Shown here piece by piece: positions 12,459 to 23,620 of a DNA stretch of 40,340 nt. This stretch comes from Octopus bimaculoides (taxonomy: Eukaryota), in NCBI RefSeq assembly GCF_001194135.2, contig NC_068991.1, forward strand, positions 50,003,877-50,044,216. Reading direction: 5' to 3'. Every line of letters starts with the position of its first letter. Position 1 is the stretch's first letter. The notes beneath the pieces were generated by a model that saw only the letters and a list, made by a program, of their open reading frames with translations, was not told where the DNA came from and did no database searches. A program made the translations under genes and the position numbers.

Positions 12459-12835
12459 TGTTGTTGTTGTTGGCACTCCGTCGCTTACAACGTCGAGGGT
12501 TCCAGTTGATCCGATCAACGGAACAGCCTGCTCGTGAAATTAACGTGCAAGTGGCTGAGCACTCCACAGACACGTGTACCCTTAATGTAGTTCTCGGGGA
12601 TATTCAGCGTGACACAGTGTGACAAGGCTGACCCTTGGAATTACAGGCACAACAGAAACAGGAAGTAAGAGTGAGAGAAAGTTGTGGTGAAAGAGTACAG
12701 CAGGGTTCGCCACCATCCCCTGCCGGAACCTCATGGAGGTTTAGGTGTTTTCGCTCAATAAACATGCACAACGCCCGGTCTGGGAATCGAAACCGCGAGT
12801 CCGCTGCCCTAACCACTGGGCCATTGCACCTCCTC
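12459..12835 (-). mobile_element. SINE family C (head ggaggcgcaatggcccagtgg, (CAA)n tail)
   Basis: Perfect 14-bp TSD tggcatgcttatat at 12445-12458 and 12836-12849. Confidence 0.95.
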
Positions 12836-12864
12836 TGGCATGCTTATATGTGAGCAACATAGAC

Positions 12865-13325
12865 AAGTACATCATCATCACCCTCATCAACATTTAATAT
12901 CCATTTTCCATGCTGGCTTGGGTTGGACAGGTTGACAGGAACAGGCAAAGCCAGTGGTCACACCAGGTTTCATTGTCAGTCTTGGCTCGGTTTCTGCAAT
13001 TGGATGCCCTTCCTAATGCTAACCACTTCACAAAGTGTACCAGGTGCTTTTTATGTGACACCAACACCAGTGATTTCTACATGGTACCAGCAGGCACATC
13101 AATGCTTTTTACATGGCACCTTGGTTGTAGGATCTCAATTCTGTTGTGGTGGGCAGATCTTATTGAGTATAGCAATGCGCCACATCTCTCAGTCTTCTGA
13201 CATCTACATTATAAAGCTCTTGAGATTGATCTTCAATACTTCATCCCATGTCTTCCTGAGTCTCCCTCTTCCACAACTTCCCTTCACTTTAAGTGATTGG
13301 CACTTCTTTACGCAACTAAAATGTA
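12865..13325 (-). mobile_element. 5'-truncated RTE LINE
   Basis: SCVKKCQSLKVKGSCGRGRLRKTWDEVLK plus family 3'UTR. Confidence 0.85.
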
Positions 13326-13334
13326 TGATACATA

Positions 13335-13735
13335 AGGCCAGTCTCAAAATGCTGAGCCTTATGATGGAGATAACAGTGGACCAAAATGAGTATTGCACAA
13401 CTGTACTGAAGAAGACCTGCGCACCATAACAGAATTGGTGTCCTAAAACGAAAGTGCCATGTAAAAAGCATTGGCGTAGGTGCTGGTGCCATATGAAAAG
13501 TATTAGTGCTGGTTCCACACAAAAAGCACAGGTGATGGTGCCATGTAAAAAGCACCCAGCATATTCTGTAAAGCCGTTGGTGTTATGAAGGGCATCCAGC
13601 TGTAGAAACAAAGCTGAGACAGACTATGGAACCTGGTGCGACCCCTAACCTGGTCAGTTCCTGTCAAGCTGTCCAACTCATGCCAGCATAGAAAACAGAC
13701 ATAGAATGTTGATGATAATGAAGATGATGATGATA
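13335..13735 (+). mobile_element. 5'-truncated RTE LINE, inverted relative to its neighbour
   Basis: Same family 3'UTR ending in a gatgat tail. Confidence 0.85.
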
Positions 13736-13784
13736 CATGCCTATTCATATAGATGTAAGTTTACCAAGCATTAAGTTTATTCAT

Positions 13785-14700
13785 CATTATCATCATCATT
13801 TAACATCCATTTTCCATGCTGGTATGGGTTGGACAGTTTGACAGGAACTGGTGAACCAGTGCTAGTTTCAACAGGTGGAATCCCCTTCCTAATGCCAATC
13901 ACCTTACTGTGTGTACTGGATGCTTTTTATGTGAGATCACCAAGTAACTTGCAAGACATGATTCTTCAACTGTGGGTGAATAGTATTGAGGGAGGTGAAG
14001 AGAGGTTAAAGTGTGATTGAGGGGAAAGAAATAGTGTTTTGTAGTAGAGGAGATACATAGCTACCTCAGTTGGAAAAGGAAAAGGAGGGAGGGAGGGGAG
14101 GGAGAGAGAGAGAGAAAAAGAGAGAGATGTTGGGATGCATCCTCAAGTTACAGGGAGAGGTACAGAGGATTGAATAGGGAGGGCAGGCAGGAAAGTTCAT
14201 GAAAGTGCAAGAAAGAGAAAGATGGTGAACATAGATAGAGGAAGGGGTGTTAGGAAGGTGAGTTGTGAGGGAGAGAGACACATCAGGTAGAAACTGTGAG
14301 CAGGTGAGTTCATGAGAGTGGGAGACAAAGGGAGAAGGGAATGCAGCAGGTGGTAAACACAGGTGGAGGGTGTTAGGAAATGAATTGTGAGGGAAAGGGA
14401 CATAGACATAAACAACATGCTTTTTGAACCTCATTTTTATTCAGATGGACAGGTTTTCTCAAGCACTGCAAATTACCAATAATCTCAATCCTTTGTTGTC
14501 TCCACAGTGAAACTCAACATCTGAAGATCATTTTTTACAACTTTGTCTCACATCTTCCTGGGTTTCCTTCTTCTGTAAATTCCATCCACATTTAATGATT
14601 AACACTACTTCATGCATCTGTCCTCATTCATGTGCATCACATTCCCATAACAATGTGGTCTTCTCTCTCGCACACTACATTTGAACCTTCTTTTGTTCAG
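13785..14700 (-). mobile_element. RTE LINE 3' region with purine-rich expansion
   Basis: Tail at about 13790. RT C-terminal remnant at 14480-14700 (HMNEDRCMK...NVDG...DLQMLSFTVE). Confidence 0.6.
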
Positions 14701-15339
14701 TTTTTTTTTTTTTTCTATCAACACATTTACACATTGACTTACACACAAATTGACATTACTCATCCAGCAGAGCATGCTAGCTTCATTTCTTTCAAGCTTT
14801 AAGTCCTGAAGGAATACAGGAGTAATGTGAATACAAGCATGATGTTTAGCAAAACTTGCACCTTCTGGGTGCTGCCATATCTCGTGGGGTACTTGAGGGA
14901 TTTCACTAAGGACTATTATGGCTCCGCTTGCCCTGAGGATAACACGAACCCCACAAGGATAGGCATTGTGAAAACTTTAGGCATGGTAAGAGGGGAACCA
15001 GAAGAGGCTAGTGTAACTTTGGGACCAAATCTAGATCAACCTGGAATACTGAATCAAACCATACCAGAGGCAAAACAAGGGCACATGACAATCCTGAGAG
15101 AAATACACACTCCTGTAGTGAAACAAAGTGGAGAAGAAAACATGTAACATGGTACAGCCTACTTTTCTCTGGTTGTGTGAAAACTAACATCTCCAAGATC
15201 TTCTTCCAGATTTTTGATAGGGATTTTCCTCTGCCATATAGGTATCATACTGCAATCATGCATACTGTGGTGCGTACTCCAATAAAGCCTTTGGCAGTAG
15301 AAACAACAAGAGAAGGGGGCATAATCAGGATACTAATGA

Positions 15340-16400
15340 TACTGTCAATCTAGTTCATAAAATTTACAAAAAGGAAAGGTAACAATATGCATCCCTGGTG
15401 AAGTCCAATATTCACATTGAAAAGTTTCAACTTGGCACCATTTATCCAAACACAAATATCTGGGTATTTGCTTAGGGACTTTATGGGAACATGAAGTTGC
15501 CCATTAATCCCAAACTTCTGCAAAACTCTCTGCAATATGCAGTCATATGACTCTTTGAAGTTTACAAAGCAAGTGTACACTTCTTGGCAATATTCCCACA
15601 ATTTCTTAAAGTCCTATCATAAAATGGATATGTGGTTGGTTGTACTGCATCCAGGACAGACGCTACACTGTTCTTTAGCAAGCTTGGGATTGACAGTTTC
15701 CCCATATCTCTTTTCCAGATACCTAGCGTAGACTTTATCAGGAAAGCTCAGCAAGAAGACTCCTTTATGATTTAAGTACTCTCGCATCTCCCTTTTTAAA
15801 AATTGAGATTATCACCATGGATTGCCATTGCTTTAGTGTCTTTCCAGATGTCCAAGCCACTTGGCATACATGAAGCAACCAGAAAATACTTCTATTTAAA
15901 CCTTTTAACATCTCAGGTCGAATTTTATTTTCTTCAGTGGCCTTGCTACACTTGAGTGCTTTAACTGCCTTTATGACTTCAGTGTTACTAAGGTTAGTCT
16001 TTACTCGCTAGATAGCACCTTGTGTCCACCAGATTTTAACGTGATTGGATTTAGGAGATCAGCAAAATATTCTCTCCACTTCCCAAAGATACTCTTCTCT
16101 GTGGAGAGAAGAACCCAGCTGAGTTCTTAATGGCATGTATGGAAGAGAGCTTCTTGTTACAAAATCGGCAGATGGTCTACCAGAATACTTAATTGGCCAA
16201 TTTAAAGCCAGAGCCCAGCTTGACTCTAGAGTCTTCTCATGACCTAGCCTTAGGTGTTTTTACTCTCTGCTACAACTTATTCTGCCTACACAAAAAGGGA
16301 AACTTGTTTCTATGACAAGCTTTGTAAGTCACTTTCTATTTTTAACCTCCTGGCTAACCAGGGAATTCTTTTGCCATCTGGCACCACACCAATACACCGT
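15340..16400 (-). mobile_element. RTE LINE RT fossil
   Basis: KVYARYLEKR...WEYCQEVYTCFVNFKESYD...INGAKLKLFNVNIGLHQGCILLPFLFVNFMN (RT domains 1-4). Confidence 0.9.
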
Positions 16401-16537
16401 CATCCACAGCACTAGGCATATATACATATAGGTGGGCATGTCGAATACACACGCGCTTTTTTATAAGAAATCTCTAAGGATTCCTGTTTACAATATCGGA
16501 AATAACGCTTTTGTACTGTAGCGGGAATGACATTCAA

Positions 16538-16727
16538 CCCTTTAGCATTTAAACTGGCCATTTCTGGCTCAAATATTTTGTTTTATGTTCAAACCAGTCA
16601 GATCCAGTTTCTTATGCGAACTCCACAATGTCATTCTAAAGATATACAACTGATAACACATGATTAATTCGAAATAATGTCAATATATAAGCATTATATT
16701 TGACAGAATAAAGTGAATGCTAAAGGG
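16538..16727. mobile_element. 190-bp piggyBac-like MITE
   Basis: TIR ccctttagcatt / aatgctaaaggg. Flanked by tcaa (degenerate) and TTAA. Confidence 0.75.
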
Positions 16728-17144
16728 TTAAAGTTTCTCGGTATTTTATCGTTCATAGCAACGACAGTGTTTTGTGTGTGTGTACGAACAGGATAAAAGT
16801 TTTGTTTATCAAAAATCACAACCTTTTCCAGTGTTAGTCCCAAAACACTTTTCAAAATGTTAATCTTACCCCAAAACTCCTTTTTTAAAAATCCCATGTG
16901 GAAAAGCTATGGACATTACGATTCCACATTATATCATGATTCTACATTATAGCAAGAATCAGAGAACCATGTGTTTTATAGTAGAGGAGATACTGGAAAA
17001 GGAAAAGGAGTGAGAGAGGGGAGGGAGAGAGAAGATAGTGAAAATATGTTGGAATGCATCCTCAAGTTACAGGGAGGGGTACAGAGGCTTGAATAGGGAG
17101 AGCAGGCAGAGTCCGTCCCAGTTGAGCTGCTGGATGCAGGTGGA

Positions 17145-17322
17145 AAGAGCGAGAGAAAGTTGCAGTGAAAGAGTCAGCAGAGGTTTGACATTACCTTCTA
17201 CAAGAATCACGTGGAGCTTAGGTGTCTCGCCTATAAACACTCACATCGTCCAGTCTGAGATTCGAACACGCGATCTCTCAACTACAAGTCCATTGGTCTA
17301 TCCATTAGGATATGTGCCTCCC
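17145..17322 (-). mobile_element. Degenerate 5' half of a family C-like SINE
   Basis: Similarity to the family C head and body. Confidence 0.65.
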
Positions 17323-17581
17323 TTACGAAGGATAGCCACTTCATATAGGGTAGCATGTACCGATTGCCAAAACGATGAACAAATTGTCACGTTTCAATAA
17401 ATGAAGATGATTTGGAATTTTTAAAACTCGTCCAGTACCATGAAAAAGAAAAGAATTATATTGATGGAAACACTATTTTGCCTACTCGTTAATAAAAAAG
17501 GTGAGGGGTAAAAAAAAACAACAACAAAAGGCTTAGTATTTCGCTGGGGAATAGGAAGAACTGTGCCGATGCATTCCTTAC

Positions 17582-17628
17582 ATCTATGGGGCGGGTGTTT
17601 ATATTTTGAAAACTGAGCAAAGATGTGA
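17582..17628 (-). other. Candidate 47-nt exon of a divergent minus-strand transcript
   Basis: Minus strand shows a long pyrimidine tract ttatttttttctccaaatttctattttccaag, then 47 nt, then GTAAGG. Confidence 0.35.
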
Positions 17629-17649
17629 CTTGGAAAATAGAAATTTGGA

Positions 17650-18440
17650 GAAAAAAAATAATTCATGGATTTAGCTGTTATTTCTAGCATGATGAACGAC
17701 CACATAGAGGCTTCCTTCATTTCTTCGGCTGGTCCACCAGCAATGCACGCATGTGAGAACGAGTTAGAAAACATCTGGAAGACGTTGCGGGCTGAGTTAT
17801 TTCTGAATGCCGGCAGAGGAGGGGGTGATTTAAAGAAAAATTGAAATTTTGTAAAGTATAATTATTTCAAGAAAAATAATTTCAGTATTTCTCAGGTGGA
17901 ATCCTAGAGAGAAAAATGTAAAGATGGGGGAAACAAAAATTTCGAAAAGTTGATTTTCTTTTAGGTGGACGGCGGTAGCGGTCAAAGATGCGATCTCGGT
18001 GATAAAAATGCAACATCCAAAAGAAATATTTGAAGTAAAAAACAAAAAAGAGGCGGTTAGGGAATTGGACAAATCTGCCGCTATCTATCTATTTATTTAT
18101 TTGTCTGTCTGTCAATCAATTAATCATTCAGATCAATAATATCAACACTGTATTTAAAAAGGCGGTGTTTGGTAACTCCTATCTCACCTTCTCGGGGAAG
18201 AAAAACACCGAGAAATTGGGTATTTTTTTCTCCCCTTCATTTTTGTATTTTTCTGTTTCGATTTCATTCAACGGAATTTATAACTTTACCTCTAATTTTT
18301 CAGTTTTACTCCATCAATTCAGTACTTTTTTTTCCTTCCCCATGAGACAGAAATAATTATTCCGAAACTCCGTCTTTTGAAGTGATTATTATGTTTTCTA
18401 ATCGACCAACTTCGTTTCAGCGACTTTCAAAATGGTAAAA
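17650..18440. promoter_or_regulatory. CpG-richer promoter/5'UTR island, probably bidirectional
   Basis: Repeat-free, locally rich in CG dinucleotides and GGCGG motifs, directly upstream of the COA8 ATG. Contains a strong minus-strand donor (AAG|GTGAGA at 18188/18187). Confidence 0.55.
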
Positions 18441-18529
18441 TGTTAGCGATCTGTCGGAGATTTTCTGGAGGTGATTTTCTTATTATTTCTAGAAATAATC
18501 AATTTAAACGATTCCTAAAACAACAAAAG
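18440..18529 (+). CDS. COA8: COA8/APOPT1 coding exon 1 (MLAICRRFSGGDFLIISRNNQFKRFLKQQK), putative mitochondrial presequence
   Basis: ATG at 18440, 30 open codons, AAG|GTAAGG phase-0 donor. Arg/Lys-rich and nearly acid-free N-terminus. Joins exon 2 in frame. Assignment of this exon is by phase and position rather than recognisable homology. Confidence 0.75.
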
Positions 18530-20334
18530 GTAAGGGAAAAAGTCTTTCATTTTCAATTTTATTTATTTTCAAGACTGAAATGAGATGATTTAAACCTTTT
18601 TACTAGAAATCTTAATAATTAGATGTGAAGTCTCATCAATGTTAACAATTTTGTTGTCAGTATTTCGATTTTAATAGCTTTAAACATATAAATGTTTTTT
18701 TTTGTGTCAGTACCCCTTCTTTATAGGACAGTACCTTCAATTAGCAGCAATTAACTATTTGTAGCTTAATTAAAGGAGAAAATAAATGTTATTGTTACAC
18801 GTTGGGTACCGAAGGACAACCAAGCAGAACTGGAACGACTCTAACTCAGATTATGTAAAAAGATTGTAAAGTTTAAAGTAAACACATACATACACACAGA
18901 CATATATACATACATATACACGCATATACTTGTCATTATTCAGGGACTGACACAAAACGCACAACATAAGAAAATTTTAAAAAACGTGTTCAGAGGGAAT
19001 TTCTCCACGGTCCACCAGCCTGCTAATAATAGCGGCCAAATCCCACGTTACAGTATTTAAGAAAGGATATATTGGATCGATAATGTGATCAGCCAAGGTG
19101 AAATAGAATTAGCATGTTTCTACATCACCGGTTTCGTTTTATTTCGTTTTCAATCCCGCATTTCTGTCCCTCAAGCAAAAGATCTCTCTCTCTCTCTCCC
19201 ACACACACCTAAAAATAAGAGGTGCTGGTCACGGCTGGAATACTTTTTAGTACAGCTCGATCTGGTTGTCAACAAAACAGTCTAAAAAGTGGATTGGGAA
19301 ATAGCTTCTTAGGTTTTTTAACTTGACGGAGGGAAAGCTTAATGTAGAAAGATAAACTACAACATCTTATTAAAAAAATTGTCATTTTAAATTAAAGAAT
19401 ATATTTTCTAAAAATGTATTTACAAGAGAAAAAAATAAATAGTAAAATAAAAAAAAGGGAAAAACGAAATGTTTTCTGTTGGTGAAGGGAGGCAATCATG
19501 TTAGTTGTTCAAAGGCAACGCACCGCCCGGTGCAGGAATCGAACCTACGACCTTGATATTTATGAAGCAAGCACCCCTAACCACAAAGGTAATGCACTTT
19601 CAGTAGGACATAGTGCTGTACAATTTTATTGTTGTTTAGCTCTAGCTCATTAATTACTAAACAAACCTCCAAGACACTGGCGCTGTTATGTTACCATTCA
19701 GACGGTGGATTTTAGACTACATTCCCTCCTTTTAAAGACAGTAGTATGATTTGGCTATTATTTCTAGCTAGTCGAGCGACGGTGTAGAAGCTCTATTCTC
19801 GACCAATCTGTGGATAGGTCGCTGTTATTCAACTCCAGTTAAACTTCGATCGAGCAAGCCTGTGACTAAAAGCATTCCATCTTTGACAAGTTTAAGATAA
19901 CATTATTCACTGTATCCTATCATTTTAAAATTAGTATGGTATGACTTGAAAGAGAAATAGGTTGCTGTTAATCGAAAGATCACCGCTGTTTATAGAAGGT
20001 CTAGTGACCACATAATGATTTGTTCGTACGCTGGCTGACGTAAAAGTACATCGAGTTTGTGTACTTTGTATTAAATACAAATACACAGATCCTTTGGTAA
20101 TGAACAGCTGACAAAATCATGGTAACAAATAAAATCCTATCAACGCATGATTTCTGTACAAAATTAACAAAATCTAAGATATTGTAGGGTTAGGCTCGGA
20201 GTCCTCTCAGGCGAATTTTGTGTGGAAGTGTAAAGAAAGCTGAATTATTTCCCTTTGTTCATATTGTTTTAATTAAATGTCAAACCGAAAGTGAACGAAA
20301 AAAAAAGCACTACATACATACATACATACATACA

Positions 20335-20545
20335 TGCAGGCAGGGTTCTTCTGCATCGTCTGCTGAAACACATTGCACATTGTGTTCTCCCAGAAAGTCA
20401 ATCTTGTTTTCGTGTGGGACACAGCACTGCTGATGTGATCTTCTCAGCTAGACAGCTTCAGGAGAAGTGTGTGGAACAGGGTCTGCATTTATATCACATT
20501 TTTGTCGATCTGAAAAAAAGCCTTCGATGCCGTTAATAGATTCTC
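20335..20545 (+). mobile_element. RTE-BovB-like RT fragment
   Basis: AGRVLLHRLLKHIAHCVLPESQSCFRVGHSTADVIFSARQLQEKCVEQGLHLYHIFVDLKKS. Confidence 0.92.
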
Positions 20546-21019
20546 TTTTATGCATGCATGCAGGAGAATCTGGATAAGCTGGGATTTTCAGAAAGAGAAA
20601 TTGATTGACCGGTTGATTCATACAAGTCCAATCTGTGAATGGAACAGTAAAAATATGCAAGACTTTTCTCACGTTCCAAATGTGAATTTGTCTGTGTTAA
20701 CTACATCTCAAAGATGGAGCCTTGTATCTTTGTTGGAAACCGGCTCCCACTTCAGTGGAAGATTCATAATAATTAAAAAATAAAAGAGACATACATACAC
20801 ACGTGTGTGTGTTTGTGTATGGTTTAAACAATCACTAGGAGAATTGTCATTTCATCTTAGTATGCAAAAACCAGCAATTTACCATGCATTTCCTCAAATT
20901 TTGCTGTGTCATTGAGGTTTAATTTAATTTGAGACAAAATTTGTGGAATCATTTTCAAGGGACAGTTTATGAAAGTCATTGTTGCTGTGATTTACCTTTT
21001 TCATAATTCACCACACCAA

Positions 21020-21850
21020 AGATAAAAACCATCACAAAAGATCAATAAAGAGATTGGTTTTTAGAGAGAAAGTAGCATCTCTTTTAAGTGATCATAGCAT
21101 GAAACAGAGATTGGTCAAATTTAGAGTTTTTGTGGGGTAAAAAAAAGTTAAGTATTTTGGTGGCCAAAATTATATGCTAACTTAATAATGATTTCAAATT
21201 TTGGCACAACAGCAATTTCGGGGGCAAGAATAAGTCGATTAGATTGACTGTAGTGTTCAACTGGTACTTATTTTATCAACCCCAAAAGGATGAAATGCAA
21301 AGTCAACCTTGCTGGAATTTGAACTCAGAATGTAAAGATGGACAGAATACTGCTAAGTATTTTGAATTTTGACCAGCATGCTAACAATTCTGTCAGTTCA
21401 TCACCTTCTGCAAACTTAATAATATTAATGCCTTATTTACTGATGAGATGGAAAATAAGTTAAAAGTGTGGATTAAAGAAACTTAATTTGATGGTGATTG
21501 AGTGAGTGAAGTATTTACTTGGAAGAAAAGCTAATTTTCCTTTCAAGCCTCTTGTGAGAGATACTCTTCGTATTTGTGATGATAGGGATATAAAGTCTAC
21601 AGAATCTAATGGAGCAAGAGTTGGTTTGAATCTTTTAAACAATTGTTTGGGTACTGACAGGATTGTGAGGCAGCAAAGCTCCCAAATTAGGCAAAGTCAC
21701 TGCAGAAAAATATCATGAGATTTTGTAGAAGAGTAATTTCTGTTGTCAACAGTTTTTTTTTCTGAAGACTTACATTACAGAGGAGGAAACCTGATTGTCA
21801 GGACATTTATCAGTGAAGGATAGGCTAATATTACTTTTTCTGTACCAAAC
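21020..21850 (+). mobile_element. Tigger/pogo transposase remnant interrupted by a SINE B
   Basis: EMENKLKVWIKE; SKSWFESFKQLFG; DCEAAKLP; RTFIS...KDRLILLFC (CENP-B HTH and start of the DDE domain). The 5' part before the SINE is less certain. Confidence 0.75.
21192..21408 (-). mobile_element. SINE family B (older subtype)
   Basis: Full head, core and tail. Confidence 0.85.
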
Positions 21851-21879
21851 CATAAGGTATTTGAAGTGAACCTCTGGGT

Positions 21880-22005
21880 TTTATTGTCATCATCATCTGG
21901 CATTTGTTTTCCATGCTGGCATGGGTTAGATAGCTTGACTGGAACTGGTAAGCTGGAGAGCTGCACCAGGCTCCAATCTGTTTTGGCTTGATTTCTACAA
22001 CTGGA
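21880..22005 (-). mobile_element. RTE 3' tail fragment
   Basis: catcatcat...ttccatgctggcatgggtt family signature. Confidence 0.8.
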
Positions 22006-22050
22006 TATAATATAATAATAATAATAATTATTATTATTATCATTATTATT

Positions 22051-22148
22051 CAGGACTATGCCTGGAATTGAACTTGGAATCTCGGGGTTTGTAGCCTGTG
22101 CTCTTAACCACTACACCATATGCCCATGGGCATATGGTGTAGTGGTTA
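22051..22148 (-). repeat. tRNA-like element whose head forms a perfect 44-bp palindrome
   Basis: Minus strand reads gggcatatggtgtagtggttaagagc...gttcaattccagg with A- and B-box-like motifs and an (AAT)n tail. Palindrome at 22105-22148. Confidence 0.75.
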
Positions 22149-22149
22149 T

Positions 22150-22310
22150 GTATATATGACGGGCTTCTTTCAGTTTCCATCTACCAAATCCACTCACAAG
22201 ACTTTGGTCAGCCCAAGGTTATAGCAGAAGACACTTACCCAAGATGCCACTCAGTGGGACTGAACCCAGAACCATGTAGTTGGGAAGCAAGCTTCTTACC
22301 ACACAGCCAC
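22150..22310 (-). mobile_element. SINE family A, 5' half
   Basis: Head and body match 3873-4269. Confidence 0.85.
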
Positions 22311-22384
22311 ACTGTGTGTGTATGTGTGGTGCCCCAGCATGGCCACACCCAAATGGCTGAAACAAATAAAAGATTGTGTGCGTG

Positions 22385-23085
22385 TGTATCATCATCATCA
22401 TCATCGTTTAACGTCCGCTTTCCATGCTAGCNNNNNNNNNNNNNNNNNNNNNNNNNNNNNNNNNNNNNNNNNNNNNNNNNNNNNNNNNNNNNNNNNNNNN
22501 NNNNNNNNNNNNNNNNNNNNNNNNNNNNNNNNNNNNNNNNNNNNNNNNNNNNNNNNNNNNNNNNNNNNNNNNNNNNNNNNNNNNNNNNNNNNNNNNNNNN
22601 NNNNNNNNNNNNNNNNNNNNNNNNNNNNNNNNNNNNNNNNNNNNNNNNNNNNNNNNNNNNNNNNNNNNNNNNNNNNNNNNNNNNNNNNNNNNNNNNNNNN
22701 NNNNNNNNNNNNNNNNNNNNNNNNNNNNNNNNNNNNNNNNNNNNNNNNNNNNNNNNNNNNNNNNNNNNNNNNNNNNNNNNNNNNNNNNNNNNNNNNNNNN
22801 NNNNNNNNNNNNNNNNNNNNNNNNNNNNNNNNNNNNNNNNNNNNNNNNNNNNNNNNNNNNNNNNNNNNNNNNNNNNNNNNNNNNNNNNNNNNNNNNNNNN
22901 NNNNNNNNNNNNNNNNNNNNNNNNNNNNNNNNNNNNNNNNNNNNNNNNNNNNNNNNNNNNNNNNNNNNNNNNNNNNNNNNNNNNNNNNCAGCAGTTACAG
23001 CCCATGTTTCACTGCCATGTAGCATGGTTGTTCGTATGTAAAACTGGAGAAGGATCTTAAATGAACTCACAAACTGTAAAAATGC
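22385..23085 (-). mobile_element. RTE LINE spanning assembly gap 22432-22988
   Basis: IRTTMLHGSETWAVTA on one side of the gap and the family tail on the other. Confidence 0.75.
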
Positions 23086-23479
23086 ATTACCTTATCTTAG
23101 ATGTTGATTCAGGTGGGAATTATATCTCTAATAATGGTTTTTTTTAAATATTTTGGACTTTTCAAAAGAATGGGCTGCTGCAGTCAGGTTTTGAATCTAA
23201 ATCTACTCAGTAACAGAAAATTCTGCAGAAGAAAGTAGTTTTCCTAAGAGATTTAGTAAAAGATGGCTTTTCTTCCTTTCAATTTATAATTTTCCATTTA
23301 AATTCTTAACATGCATTTTTAAGTTTAATTGCACGTGTAATTGAACTAAGGCCAGAAACTATGCTCAGTTATTTCCCTTTAATAACGTGTAACAAAGATT
23401 GAAACTTATAAGTTTAAGTAAATTTTTAAAAAAATTAATCTATACAATTTTCATTTATACATTCTTTATTTAATTTTTC

Positions 23480-23620
23480 TAAGGTGGCATGCTGGCAGAA
23501 ACGTTAGCACGCCGGGCAATATGCTTAGCGGTATTTCGTCTGTTTTCACCTTCTGAGTTCAAATTCCGCCGAGGTCGACTTTGCCTTTCATCCTTTCAGT
23601 GTCGATAAATTAAGTACCAG
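23480..23620 (+). mobile_element. SINE family B, 3'-truncated
   Basis: Head plus core. Confidence 0.85.

Noticed and set aside
12459-12835. tRNA genes at SINE heads (also 27787, 32071, 22051)
   Set aside because: Heads have A/B boxes but run into SINE bodies with tails and TSDs, and lack a convincing cloverleaf.
14827-15147. 106-aa + strand ORF (MNTSMMFSK...)
   Set aside because: No recognisable domain, lies between LINE fossils, no supporting splice context; probably an unidentified repeat remnant.
17421-18350. BAG5 as the divergent partner, by analogy with human COA8
   Set aside because: No BAG-domain-like peptide found on the minus strand; the synteny argument has no sequence support here.
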